From the NCBI GenBank assembly GCA_027623675.1, contig JAQBVF010000012.1:1-64000 (forward strand): 64,000 bases of DNA, given 5' to 3'. Shown here piece after piece: positions 19,428-28,806 of the stretch. Each line of letters begins with the position of its first letter. Position 1 is the stretch's first letter. The notes under the pieces are model-generated. The model saw only the letters and a list, made by a program, of their open reading frames with translations, did no database searches and was not told the DNA's origin. The position numbers were made by a program, and so were the translations under genes. Source of the DNA: Chloroflexota bacterium. Lineage in GTDB: Bacteria; Chloroflexota; Dehalococcoidia; Lucifugimonadales; UBA3495.

Positions 19428-19991
19428 ATGGCCTCGGGACTCTGCTTGGTCCTGGGAGGGGTTAGGTCCGGCAAAAGCGCTTTCGCCGAGTCCAAGGTGG
19501 CGGCGCTGCCCCAGCCCACCCTGTATGTTGCCACTGGAGTGGCCGTTGACGAGGAGATGTACACCCGGATACAACGGCACCAACGGTCCCGGCCCGCCGA
19601 ATGGGCCACCTTGGAAGAACCAACCAGGCTGGCCGAAAAACTGGGTCCAGCGCTATCCGCTTCGGACGGGCCGGGTTCAGTCATAATCGACTCGGTGGAC
19701 GTATGGGTGGCGAATCTCCTGATGGAACGCCAAACGGAAACCAAGGAATCGATCGAAAGATCGGTCATGGCCGACGCGGATGACTTGCTTGGTGTTGCTG
19801 CCGCTTCATCCCAGGCTTTTGTAATAGTCAGCAGCGAGGTTGGCCTGAGTCTGGTGCCTCCCGAGCCCTTGGGACGCCGCTTTCAGGACCTGCTGGGCAT
19901 GGTCAACCAAAAGATTGCCGCTGCCGCCACGGAAGTGTTCTTGGTGGCCGCGGGGCTGCCTATCCAGTTAAAACCGGCGAGCGTGGAGTAG
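19428..19991 (+). CDS. cobU: Adenosylcobinamide kinase / cobinamide-phosphate guanylyltransferase
   Basis: GGVRSGKSAFAE, RIQRHQRSRP, SEVGLSLVP, GRRFQDLLG. Confidence 0.94.
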   Translation: MASGLCLVLGGVRSGKSAFAESKVAALPQPTLYVATGVAVDEEMYTRIQRHQRSRPAEWATLEEPTRLAEKLGPALSASDGPGSVIIDSVDVWVANLLMERQTETKESIERSVMADADDLLGVAAASSQAFVIVSSEVGLSLVPPEPLGRRFQDLLGMVNQKIAAAATEVFLVAAGLPIQLKPASVE

Positions 19992-19996
19992 AAGCC

Positions 19997-20932
19997 TTGG
20001 CCTTAGCTTCAAATAGCGGAAATGCAGGCGATCATCAAGGCGACCCCAACTTCTTGGGCAGCGCCACGTTCCGTGCTCCTGGCGTCTGCGGCGAGCTGGC
20101 CCAGGGCGTCATCGAAGGCATCCACTTCCTGGTCACCTGTCCGGTGGATTTCTATTCACGGGTCAGGGTCGACCTGTTCTCAGATGGACCCGGAGTGGAA
20201 GCCCCGGAAGGCTGCGACAAAGCCGCCGCCGCCGTGCGCCGCACCCTGGCGCAACTGAAGAGAGCCAAGGTCCGGGCCAAGATCACCATCAACAACCCCA
20301 TCCCCAGAGGCAAAGGCATGGCCAGCAGCAGCGCCGACCTGGCCGCTGCCATCGCCGCCACCGGCCAGGCCCTGGGCGAAGAGCTTTCGCCCTACCAGAT
20401 CGCCCAAAACGCCCTTTCCATCGAGCCGACCGACGGCATCATGATTCCCGGCATCGCACTTTTCGATCACCGGGCCGGAATCATACGTGAGAGCCTGGGT
20501 CCGCCGCCGCCGATGGAGATCATCGCCCTGGACCTGGGCGGCACCGTGGACACGGTAGCCTTCAACATGGTCGACCGCTTCCAACGCTGGAAGTCGGTGG
20601 ACGAACAGACAACCGAGGCCCTGCGCCTATTGCGGCAGGGAATCACCGACCAGGACCCGGCCCTGGTGGGCAGGGGCGCCAGCATCAGCGCCGAAGCCAG
20701 CACCAACGTGCTCGCCAAGCCCCGCCTTGGCGAGGTGCAGGAATTCGCCAGGTCGGTGGGCGCCGTGGGCGTGAACGTTGGCCACAGCGGCACCATCATA
20801 GGCGTGCTGCTGGACGCCAGAGAGCGCCGCGGCAAATCGACCTACCACAAGGCGATGGCAGCCTTCCCCGACGCCGAGGCGGTGTATCATTTCCGCCTTT
20901 TGGGCGGCGGCGTGCAGCGGGTGGACGCCTAA
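19997..20932 (+). CDS. pduX: GHMP kinase, L-threonine kinase PduX-like
   Basis: PGVCGELAQG, IPRGKGMASSSAD, IEPTD, GHSGTIIG; cob context. Confidence 0.85.
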   Translation: MALASNSGNAGDHQGDPNFLGSATFRAPGVCGELAQGVIEGIHFLVTCPVDFYSRVRVDLFSDGPGVEAPEGCDKAAAAVRRTLAQLKRAKVRAKITINNPIPRGKGMASSSADLAAAIAATGQALGEELSPYQIAQNALSIEPTDGIMIPGIALFDHRAGIIRESLGPPPPMEIIALDLGGTVDTVAFNMVDRFQRWKSVDEQTTEALRLLRQGITDQDPALVGRGASISAEASTNVLAKPRLGEVQEFARSVGAVGVNVGHSGTIIGVLLDARERRGKSTYHKAMAAFPDAEAVYHFRLLGGGVQRVDA

Positions 20933-20981
20933 CCTAGGCGCAGGACCGCTTGGACTCAAGATAAAGCGACAAAGGACCGTA

Positions 20982-22055
20982 ATGGCAGATTACAAGATTG
21001 CAGTGATTCCCGGCGATGGCGTTGGCTTGGAGGTCATCGACGAGGGCAGAAAAGCTTTGGAAGCGGTGGCCAGCGTGACCGGCGGGCTCAGTTTCCAGTT
21101 CACCGAGTTCCCCTGGGGGTCTGAATTCTACCGGGAAACCGGCCAACTCATGCCGGACGACGGCATCGAGACGCTAAAGAGCTTCGACTCGATCCTGTTT
21201 GGAGCGGTGGGCGACCCCAACATCCCCGACCACATCACCCTGCACGGTCTGCTGCTGCCCATGAGGCGCGGCTTCGACCAGGGCGTGTGCATCCGGCCGG
21301 CATACCTGCATCCGGGCGTGGAATCGCCCCTTTCCGGCAAGAAGGCGGGCGACATCGACATGGTTATCTTCCGGGAGAACACCGAGGGCGAGTATGCCCC
21401 GGTGGGCGGGCGGATCTACCCCGGCACACCACACGAAACGGTGGTCCAGACCAACATGTTCACCCGCCGGGGCACGGAGCGCATAATCCGGGCCGCCTTC
21501 GAGTACTGTGTGCGCCGCAACAAGGGCAACAAGGTGACCTCGGTAACCAAGTCCAACGCCCAGTCGTTCGGCATGGTCTTCTGGGACGAGGTGTTCCGGG
21601 ATGTGGCGGCGGACTATCCGCAGATCGAGACCGAGTCGCTGCTGGTTGACCGGGCCGCCATGGACCTGGTGCGCTGGCCGGAGGTCTTCGACGTGATGGT
21701 GGCTTCCAACCTGTTCGCCGACATCCTCTCGGACATCGCGGCGGTGGTGACGGGCAGCATGGGCCTGGCCCCCAGCGCCAACATCAACCCGGAGCGTGTC
21801 TACCCGTCGTTGTTCGAGCCGGTCCACGGGGCCGCCTTCGACATCATGGGCAAGGGCATCGCCAACCCCCTGGCGACGGTCTCCGCCGTGGCCATGATGC
21901 TGGAGCATCTTGGCGAACAGGAAGCAGCCGACAAGGTGGATAAGGCCGTGGCCCGCTGCCTGGAACAGCGCACCGTCCTGACTGCCGACCTGGGCGGCAC
22001 CGCCAGCACGTCCGAGATGGGCGACGAAGCAGCCCGGCTGATCCTCGAGGGGTAA
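20982..22055 (+). CDS. Tartrate / isopropylmalate dehydrogenase family (beta-decarboxylating)
   Basis: IPGDGVG, RENTEGEY, TKSNAQ, SNLFADILSD, FEPVHG. Confidence 0.9.
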   Translation: MADYKIAVIPGDGVGLEVIDEGRKALEAVASVTGGLSFQFTEFPWGSEFYRETGQLMPDDGIETLKSFDSILFGAVGDPNIPDHITLHGLLLPMRRGFDQGVCIRPAYLHPGVESPLSGKKAGDIDMVIFRENTEGEYAPVGGRIYPGTPHETVVQTNMFTRRGTERIIRAAFEYCVRRNKGNKVTSVTKSNAQSFGMVFWDEVFRDVAADYPQIETESLLVDRAAMDLVRWPEVFDVMVASNLFADILSDIAAVVTGSMGLAPSANINPERVYPSLFEPVHGAAFDIMGKGIANPLATVSAVAMMLEHLGEQEAADKVDKAVARCLEQRTVLTADLGGTASTSEMGDEAARLILEG

Positions 22056-22135
22056 ATTCGGATTTATCGAGGACGGATCTGGAGCCGATGGGACATTCAG
22101 ACTATAGTCTGGTATAGAGTTCCCACGGAGTAGGC

Positions 22136-22312
22136 ATGAAACATCGATTCACAGCCGTCGTTTCCCAGGAAGATGAGTGGTACGTTGCGCAATGCCTGGA
22201 AGTTGATGTTGCCAGCCAGGGCGAATCAAGAGACTCGGCTATCGCCAATCTACGCGAAGCCTTGGAATCGCATTTCGACGAGCCGAGGGCGGAATCGGCT
22301 CCAGGCATATGA
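22136..22312 (+). CDS. hicB: HicB-family antitoxin, short orphan (58 aa, not in ORF track)
   Basis: MKHRFTAVVSQEDEWYVAQCLEVDVASQGESRDSAIANLREALESHF..., a typical HicB fold motif; RBS GGAG. Confidence 0.8.
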   Translation: MKHRFTAVVSQEDEWYVAQCLEVDVASQGESRDSAIANLREALESHFDEPRAESAPGI

Positions 22313-22362
22313 ACCAACAACCGGCGCAAGGTTGCCTAGAAGGAATGCTCCGCTTGGGATTT

Positions 22363-22474
22363 TGTCATTCTGAGGCAGGAGCCGAAGAATCTCATTTAAT
22401 GGGGAAGTTTGGGTTCCTGGGTCCAGCCTGGTCGAATCACGAAACGAAACCCTCCGCTAGCACTCAGGGTCATA
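22363..22474. repeat. Degenerate REP/REPIN-like inverted-repeat element
   Basis: Left arm TGTCATTCTGAG...GAAGAATCTC, right arm GAAACCCTCCGCT...CTCAGGGTCATA. Confidence 0.55.
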
Positions 22475-22577
22475 GCGGTGGAGTTTGGGATGTTGACGCC
22501 GGTTAGCAAGGCTGTGTGACACCGCCGGATCCCGGCGATGGATCAAAGATCAGGCAGGAAGTTTTGAGGTTACGCAG

Positions 22578-22829
22578 GTGATGGAACCAAGGCCGCAAAT
22601 TACTGAGGCAATCTTCGAGGTGGTCGAAAATCAGTTGAGTGCGGGAGATCCGCCGGAGACTAAGAGCACCTACGAACGTCTAGTGGGCATTGGATATTCC
22701 GATCTGGATGCCCGCAAATTACTCGCCGATGCAGTCCTTACCGAGCTTAACGAAGTGATGAGACAACGGAAGCCGTTCAACCGCAAGCGGTTCGGCAGAG
22801 AGCTCCGCCATCTCCCCAAGTTGAATTGA
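22578..22829 (+). CDS. Conserved hypothetical protein
   Basis: EVVENQL..GDPPETK.TYERL...G pattern; plausible helical protein. Confidence 0.7.
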   Translation: MMEPRPQITEAIFEVVENQLSAGDPPETKSTYERLVGIGYSDLDARKLLADAVLTELNEVMRQRKPFNRKRFGRELRHLPKLN

Positions 22830-23003
22830 GGGCAGTGCGGCGGTGTCAAGTGATTTACTGGTACGGTTCTGGTCCGAAGAAGATGAACACACCACAAACC
22901 GGATGATTCTGCAATTGCCTGTGAATCTTCGCTTTCACATGGCTGTTGAATTTTACTGGGTTAATTGGGCAAGATTTGGGCAAACTCAACCCAAGCTCTT
23001 GAC

Positions 23004-23912
23004 CTATCCTTCCAAGAAGTAGTCATCGTCAATTGTTTTAATCTCGTAGATTCCAATCGTCGAGACTGCGACGTTATATTCCGCCATGAACCGCGCAAGT
23101 CGCGCACCATCAATCAGAATGATTCGTGAGTCGATATTCGCGGCATATTCTTGGGCTTCTCTGCTAAATCCCGATGTAGTGATGAAGACGCCTTTCCTGG
23201 CTCGTTGACCTTGCAGCGCACCTGCGAATCTTTGAATCTCAGGGCGTCCGACCGTGGTGTCCCAACGCTTCGCTTGAAGGTAAATCACATCCAGACCGAG
23301 CCGATCCTCATTGATTACTCCGTCGATTCCTTCATCACCGCTTCGGCCTATCGCTCGACCAGCATCTTCCCGGCTTCCTCCATACCCCATCTTCACGAGA
23401 AGGTCAATTACTAACCGCTCAAAGAATGCCGGGGTACTTTCCTTGACCAGTTGGAGAATCTCGGACTCAAGGTTGGCACGTAGTATCCGGTAAGCTGTGG
23501 CTAGGGAATCTTCAGGGGTTTCCACCGACTCTAATTCTGTATCCGCCAATTGAATATCCGGTGTTCGTCGGCGGCTCTGGAATGCTCGAAACTCCGGGAA
23601 ACGTCGAAGAAGGCTGACGTTGATCTGCTGGTGACCCTCACTGAGCAAATTGATTCCACTCTGGGTGATTTTGGATATGCCGCGTTTCGGGGAGTCGATT
23701 AACCCCGCGTTTTTCAGATACGTTCTGGCCCACCCAACACGATTGTTGAACACCGATTGCACGCCACTAGGGAGAAGTTCATCGCGGTCTTCGTTCGTGA
23801 GGGAAAATTCCTCAGCTAGTTGTTCAATCGTCGTCCTAGCTTGGTGTTCTTGCCCGTCAGACAGAAGTCGGAGCAGAGGAAGCATTATAGTTTGGTAGTC
23901 TGGGATTGCCAT
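23004..23912 (-). CDS. mrr: Mrr type IV restriction endonuclease
   Basis: MAIPDYQ N-terminus, NRVGWARTYL, DEGIDGVI.EDRLGLD.IYLQAKRW, GVFITTS. Confidence 0.95.
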   Translation of the reverse strand: MAIPDYQTIMLPLLRLLSDGQEHQARTTIEQLAEEFSLTNEDRDELLPSGVQSVFNNRVGWARTYLKNAGLIDSPKRGISKITQSGINLLSEGHQQINVSLLRRFPEFRAFQSRRRTPDIQLADTELESVETPEDSLATAYRILRANLESEILQLVKESTPAFFERLVIDLLVKMGYGGSREDAGRAIGRSGDEGIDGVINEDRLGLDVIYLQAKRWDTTVGRPEIQRFAGALQGQRARKGVFITTSGFSREAQEYAANIDSRIILIDGARLARFMAEYNVAVSTIGIYEIKTIDDDYFLEG

Positions 23913-24092
23913 ACCATTCTTATCCTCTTGCCCAGTTGCGACTGCGCGATTGGCAAGCTGTCGTCCTATGAGAATGATTCGAACCAAAGAGCCGATGGGC
24001 CATCTCAGAGGTCGGAGTATCGTCCGTCATTGCGATGCGCCAACTCATTAGGTCAACCGAAACTCTGGCGGCTACGTTTGCTATGTAACGCC

Positions 24093-24740
24093 TTAGACCG
24101 AGCCCAGGACCACTCCCACCATGCGTTTCTCCAGGGCTTGGCCCAGCGCGTTGACCTGTTCCAGGCGGTCGTGGTCGCCCACCACGCCGATGAAGGCCAC
24201 GCCCAATAGGCGGCCGACACGAAAGTCCACCACGGTGGACGAGATCAGCCCGTCCACTCCGCCCTGCAGCACTCTGAGGCCCACAGCCTCGTCGAAGAAG
24301 CCCTGGGGTTCCAGGCGGGTGACTGACACCAGTTGGTGACCCTGGCCCACGCTCTCCCCCACCCGGTCCTCAAAGTCCTTCAAGAATATGTTGTGCATCC
24401 AGTTGTGGACCGAGTCCGGGGTGTCGAACAGGTGGACCACCGAAGCCGCCATGAAGTTGAACCCGTCGATCATCGCCATGTTGGATGTGGGGCCAAGCTC
24501 CCGCATGACTCCGGTGACCCGCCCCGCCTGAATGAAGCGCGCGGCGGTGCTCCCTGCGAACCCGTTCTGGGCCAAAGTTTCGTTATCGAGAACCCCTTCC
24601 CGAATCACCTGGTGACTTTGAAATTCCTCTGGGAACTGCAGCTTCTCCAGGACCATGCTATCCAGGGCGCTCTCGCCGATGCTGTAAGTCGCCCTGTCGA
24701 GTGAGAAACTTGTCAAACCTGTCTCCTGTTTCTTGGACAT
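24093..24740 (-). CDS. Hypothetical protein
   Basis: 215-aa ORF with genome-typical codon use; no motif recognised. Confidence 0.65.
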   Translation of the reverse strand: MSKKQETGLTSFSLDRATYSIGESALDSMVLEKLQFPEEFQSHQVIREGVLDNETLAQNGFAGSTAARFIQAGRVTGVMRELGPTSNMAMIDGFNFMAASVVHLFDTPDSVHNWMHNIFLKDFEDRVGESVGQGHQLVSVTRLEPQGFFDEAVGLRVLQGGVDGLISSTVVDFRVGRLLGVAFIGVVGDHDRLEQVNALGQALEKRMVGVVLGSV

Positions 24741-24827
24741 GCCTCTAATGCCCTTACGCCGGGCTGCTTGTCCGGGCTGTTAGTTAAGAAGCCGTGACCC
24801 CGTGATCAGCGTGACTAGATTGAAGGG

Positions 24828-25886
24828 CTAGCCGCAGACCATGGGGTACACGTGCAGGGACCGGGAGATCTCGCGGGGGAGGTTGCTCCTGGACCAACTG
24901 GCGCCCCGGTCAGAGCTGCTGTACACCTCGCCGCTGTACGCCGCGCAGTAGATGTGGTCGGGGGCGGCCCGGTCGATGGCGATCCCCATCATGCGTCCGG
25001 GCGCGGTCTCGCCCAGGTCCAGCCGGTCCCAGGTCTCGCCCACGTCTTGGCTGCGGAATAGAGCACCGGCCTGGACCGTGTCGGGAGGAGCGGCCCCGCC
25101 GCCGGCCCCGGCTGCCAGGTAGATGGTCTTGGGGTCGTCGGGCGCAACCAGCAGGTCGCGGCAGTACGAACCGCCGGGGAACATCTCTTCCACCTGAACG
25201 TGCTCCCAGCGCTTGCCTTTGTCCCGGCTGCGGAACATGGCCGTCTGCGTGGCAATGTGCACGGTGCCCGGGGCGGCCGCGCTGACCTGTACCTGGTGCA
25301 GGTCCAGGGTGTTGTTCTTGATGTATGGCCCGTCGATCATGGACACCCAGGTCTCGCCGCCGTCACGGCTCGCCAGCAGGCCGCCGACCTCGATGGCCGC
25401 GTAGATGTCCTGGGGATGGGACGGGTCGTAGGCCATGCCGATGACCCGCTTGCCGGTGGGAGGCATATAGGTCGTGATGTGGGGGTAGGTTACCTGGCTG
25501 GTGTCCATCACTTCCCAAGTGTCGCCGCCGTCCTTGGAACGGGAGACCGAGCAAGGGTCGTAACCGGCCAAGATCACATCGGGGTTATCTGGATGTATCG
25601 CAAAGGACCAGACCTCCCCTGGAGCGCCCGTGCCGGCCAATTCTTCCCAAGTCTCACCCCGGTCTTTGGAGCGAAAGACGCCCTTGTGGGTGCCGGCGAA
25701 AACGACCTTGGGGTCGTCGGGCCGGATGGCTAGGGCGCGCACCTGCGGGTTGTCGGGCAGGCCCTTGGCGATGTCGATCCAGTCATCCTCACCGTCGGCG
25801 CGGCGCAGCATGCCGCCCTCGCCGATGTAGTCGCCTTCTCCGGCCAGGCCGATATATACGTAAGTCCGGTGGTCTGAGACTACCAT
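24828..25886 (-). CDS. BNR/Asp-box repeat beta-propeller (VPS10/YCF48-like) protein
   Basis: Repeated S-x-D-x-G-x-T/S-W motifs. Confidence 0.85.
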   Translation of the reverse strand: MVVSDHRTYVYIGLAGEGDYIGEGGMLRRADGEDDWIDIAKGLPDNPQVRALAIRPDDPKVVFAGTHKGVFRSKDRGETWEELAGTGAPGEVWSFAIHPDNPDVILAGYDPCSVSRSKDGGDTWEVMDTSQVTYPHITTYMPPTGKRVIGMAYDPSHPQDIYAAIEVGGLLASRDGGETWVSMIDGPYIKNNTLDLHQVQVSAAAPGTVHIATQTAMFRSRDKGKRWEHVQVEEMFPGGSYCRDLLVAPDDPKTIYLAAGAGGGAAPPDTVQAGALFRSQDVGETWDRLDLGETAPGRMMGIAIDRAAPDHIYCAAYSGEVYSSSDRGASWSRSNLPREISRSLHVYPMVCG

Positions 25887-26114
25887 GTTCTACCTCCAGC
25901 CTTATTTCAGTCCGAGTTTAAGATACATGAATTCTTGGTAAATTCCACCCAGATGTCAAGTTGAACATTTCGTTGATGACTTCGTTAATGATTTCGACGA
26001 GCGTGGATCCGCGCGGCCTATGGCGCGCCGCACCAGTCTGCGGTAGTATTTAACGCGCACGGCAGCGGGCCTTAAAAGAGCCCAATCAGGCCAGATATAT
26101 TCGCAGGGTTATTC

Positions 26115-26813
26115 ATGAAAAACAAGATTTACGAATCCATGGATGCCGCAGTCGCGGACATCCCCGACGGCGTCACCATATTCAGCCCCGGCTTCGGCGG
26201 AGTGGGCGTGCCCCGGAACCTGCTGGCGGCGCTGAACCGGCAGGGCGCCAAAGGCTTGACCGCCGTGTCAAACAACGCCGGGTCATTGGACAACCTGGTG
26301 GATGTGGGCACGCTGGTGGAGGCGGGACAGATCAAGAAGATGATCTGCGCCTTCACTGCTTCGCCGCACCCGTCCAACGTCACGCCATTCACCCGGATGT
26401 ACAACAACGACGAGATCGAAGCCGAGTTGGTGCCCCAGGGCACGCTGGCTGAGCGTATCCGCATCGCCGCCGCTGGCATCGGCGGCTTCTACACGCCAAC
26501 CTCGGTGGGCACCGAACTGGCCGAGGGAAAGGAACACCGGGAGATCAACGGCCGGATGCAAGTGCTGGAACACCCGCTGCCGGGCGATTACGCCCTAATC
26601 CGCTGCTGGAAGGCGGACACCGCCGGCAACCTGGTCTTCCGCCTAACCCAGCGTAACTTCAATCCTCTGATGGCCATGGCCGCCAAGGTAACGATCGTGG
26701 AAGTGGAGAACGACATCTTGGAGGCTGGGCAGCTGGACCCCGACCTGATCCATGTTTCAGGCATCTACGTCAACCGCATGGTGCGCATCCCCGAAGACGG
26801 CATCTGGGAATAG
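26115..26813 (+). CDS. 3-oxoacid CoA-transferase subunit A
   Basis: GFGGVG.P, SNNAG, PQGTLAERIR, GIGGFYTPT, RNFNP. Confidence 0.92.
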   Translation: MKNKIYESMDAAVADIPDGVTIFSPGFGGVGVPRNLLAALNRQGAKGLTAVSNNAGSLDNLVDVGTLVEAGQIKKMICAFTASPHPSNVTPFTRMYNNDEIEAELVPQGTLAERIRIAAAGIGGFYTPTSVGTELAEGKEHREINGRMQVLEHPLPGDYALIRCWKADTAGNLVFRLTQRNFNPLMAMAAKVTIVEVENDILEAGQLDPDLIHVSGIYVNRMVRIPEDGIWE

Positions 26814-26870
26814 CAAGAAATCGGTCAGCTGTCGGTTAACAGCAACCACCTGAAAAACGGAGATCAACGA

Positions 26871-27545
26871 ATGGCTGAAAAAGTGAAACTGGACCGTCAG
26901 GCGATGTGCGACCGCCTGGCCATGGAATTCCAAGACGGCTGGATCGTAAACCTGGGCGTGGGCATGCCGACCTTGTGTTCCAACTACGAGGACCCCAGCA
27001 GGGAGATCATCAACCACTCGGAGAATGGAGTGATTGGCTACGGCCCTCTGGCCAAGGAGGGCGAGGAAGACCGCCACCTGGTCAACGCTGGCGGACAAAA
27101 GGTCACGGCCCTACCGGGGATGGCCTGCGTTCACCACGCCGACTCGTTCATGATGATCCGCGGCGGCATGATCGACGTCACGGTGATGGGCGCCTATGAG
27201 GTTGCGGAGAACGGCGACTTCGCCAACTGGCGCATCCCCAGCCGCAAGGGCGGCGGGATCGGTGGGGCCATGGACCTGGCCGCCTGCGCCAAGCGGGTGT
27301 TCATCGCCATGGAGCACAACACCAGAGATGGCGGCTTCAAGCTGCTGAAGAAGTGCTCTCTGCCCATCACCGCCCCCGGAGTGGTGAAGATGCTTGTTAC
27401 CGACCTGGGTCTTTTCGAGATAACGCCAGAAGGTTTCAAGCTGGTCGAGCACGCCCCCGGCTGGACCCCGGAAGAGATACAAGAACGGACCGAGGCCAAG
27501 CTGATTATCCCCAGCGACCTCAAGCAGTTCCGGTTCCGCGATTAG
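26871..27545 (+). CDS. 3-oxoacid CoA-transferase subunit B
   Basis: VNLGVGMPT, SENG (catalytic Glu), GGAMDL, VTDLG. Confidence 0.92.
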   Translation: MAEKVKLDRQAMCDRLAMEFQDGWIVNLGVGMPTLCSNYEDPSREIINHSENGVIGYGPLAKEGEEDRHLVNAGGQKVTALPGMACVHHADSFMMIRGGMIDVTVMGAYEVAENGDFANWRIPSRKGGGIGGAMDLAACAKRVFIAMEHNTRDGGFKLLKKCSLPITAPGVVKMLVTDLGLFEITPEGFKLVEHAPGWTPEEIQERTEAKLIIPSDLKQFRFRD

Positions 27546-27568
27546 CTCCAAAGCACTGGAATCAGCAC

Positions 27569-27604
27569 AAAAAGCCCGGCCGCATCTTGTGGCCGGGCTT
27601 TTTT
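27569..27604. terminator. Bidirectional Rho-independent terminator
   Basis: AAAAAGCCCGGCCGCA-TCT-TGTGGCCGGGCTTTTTT between convergent genes. Confidence 0.88.
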
Positions 27605-27628
27605 GTCGCTGGTCCCACGGCTGAGGGC

Positions 27629-28378
27629 CTAGAAGAACTGTGTTCCGCCGTTCACGTGGAGGGTCTGGCCGGTCATGAAGCCGCAGTCGTCGTTGATCAG
27701 GAACATGGCGGCGGCCGCGATGTCGTCCACGCTGCCCAGCCGGCCTATGGGGATGTCCGACGTGTCGGTCATTCCGCCTTGGGGATACCAGGCCAGGTCT
27801 CTGGTGGTGTCGATGCGGCCCGGGGATATGACGTTCACGCGGATGTTCTTGGGCGCGAACTCGGATGCCAGCCCTCTGGCCAGGCCGATGACGCCCATCT
27901 TGGCGGCCGACACGTGGGAGCGGGTGGCCGTGCCCGTGAATGCGCCGTCGCCGGTGAAGAACACGATTCTGCCGTACTCGTTCTGGGCCATGTGCGGCAT
28001 GGCGGCATGGGCGCAGTAGAAGGCCCCGTCCAGCACCACGCCGCGCACCCATTCCCAGTCCTCCAATGTCAGTTCGGTGAAGGGTTTGCGGGGCCGGATG
28101 GCGGCATTGCTAACCAGGATATCCACGCCTCCGAACTGTTCCGAGGCGGCGGCGAACATGTTGGTGACCTGTTGGTGGTCTGAAACGTCGGCGATAAACG
28201 GGAGGGCCTCCACACCCAGAGCACGGGCCTCGGCGGCCACCGATTCAGCCTCATCTTTGTTGCTTCGCGCGTTCACCACCACGTTGGCGCCGTCGGCGGC
28301 CAGCTTGAGGATGATGGCCCGGCCGATGTTGCGGCCGGAGCCGGTCACCAAGGCTGTTTTACCTTCCAATCGCTTCAT
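27629..28378 (-). CDS. SDR family oxidoreductase, atypical active site
   Basis: TGSGRNIG, NAA, NVISPG, TGQTLHVNGG; VSAAK in place of YxxxK. Confidence 0.88.
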   Translation of the reverse strand: MKRLEGKTALVTGSGRNIGRAIILKLAADGANVVVNARSNKDEAESVAAEARALGVEALPFIADVSDHQQVTNMFAAASEQFGGVDILVSNAAIRPRKPFTELTLEDWEWVRGVVLDGAFYCAHAAMPHMAQNEYGRIVFFTGDGAFTGTATRSHVSAAKMGVIGLARGLASEFAPKNIRVNVISPGRIDTTRDLAWYPQGGMTDTSDIPIGRLGSVDDIAAAAMFLINDDCGFMTGQTLHVNGGTQFF

Positions 28379-28542
28379 TTCATGACCTCGGATAATGTGT
28401 TCGGTCAAGCCTGGCAGTCACGGATGGACCCCGCCTCCAGGCAGTGGGCGGATTATAGCATGGGGGATTCTGCCCTTTGGCTAACGCGGGAAAGCTCAAT
28501 CGCAAATGACCCCGCGGGTTCGGCCAACTCCCGGCAGCAAGA

Positions 28543-28583
28543 CCCTCCCAACCGCCTTTACAAAGGGGGCCAAGGGGGATCTT
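28543..28583. repeat. REP-like palindromic element
   Basis: Minus strand ATCCCCCTTGGCCCCCTTTGTAAAGGCGG, a CCCCCTTT-AAAGGGGG type hairpin repeat. Confidence 0.4.
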
Positions 28584-28806
28584 GCGCTGCGCAGCAGACC
28601 CGAGAGTATCCCCAACCGATCCCCGTTGCCGACGGCTCATAGCGAAAAGGGAATCGGGGCATCTGGCCTGAATTAGACCGGAACCCACATGAACGTCGTA
28701 TAATTCAGCGCTGTGATGTCAATTATCAAGATTCTATCCGGCCTGTCCACAGGCGGTAGGCCAGTGATGACGGGCACTACCGGGCTGGGGGCAAGCTAAG
28801 AGGCAC

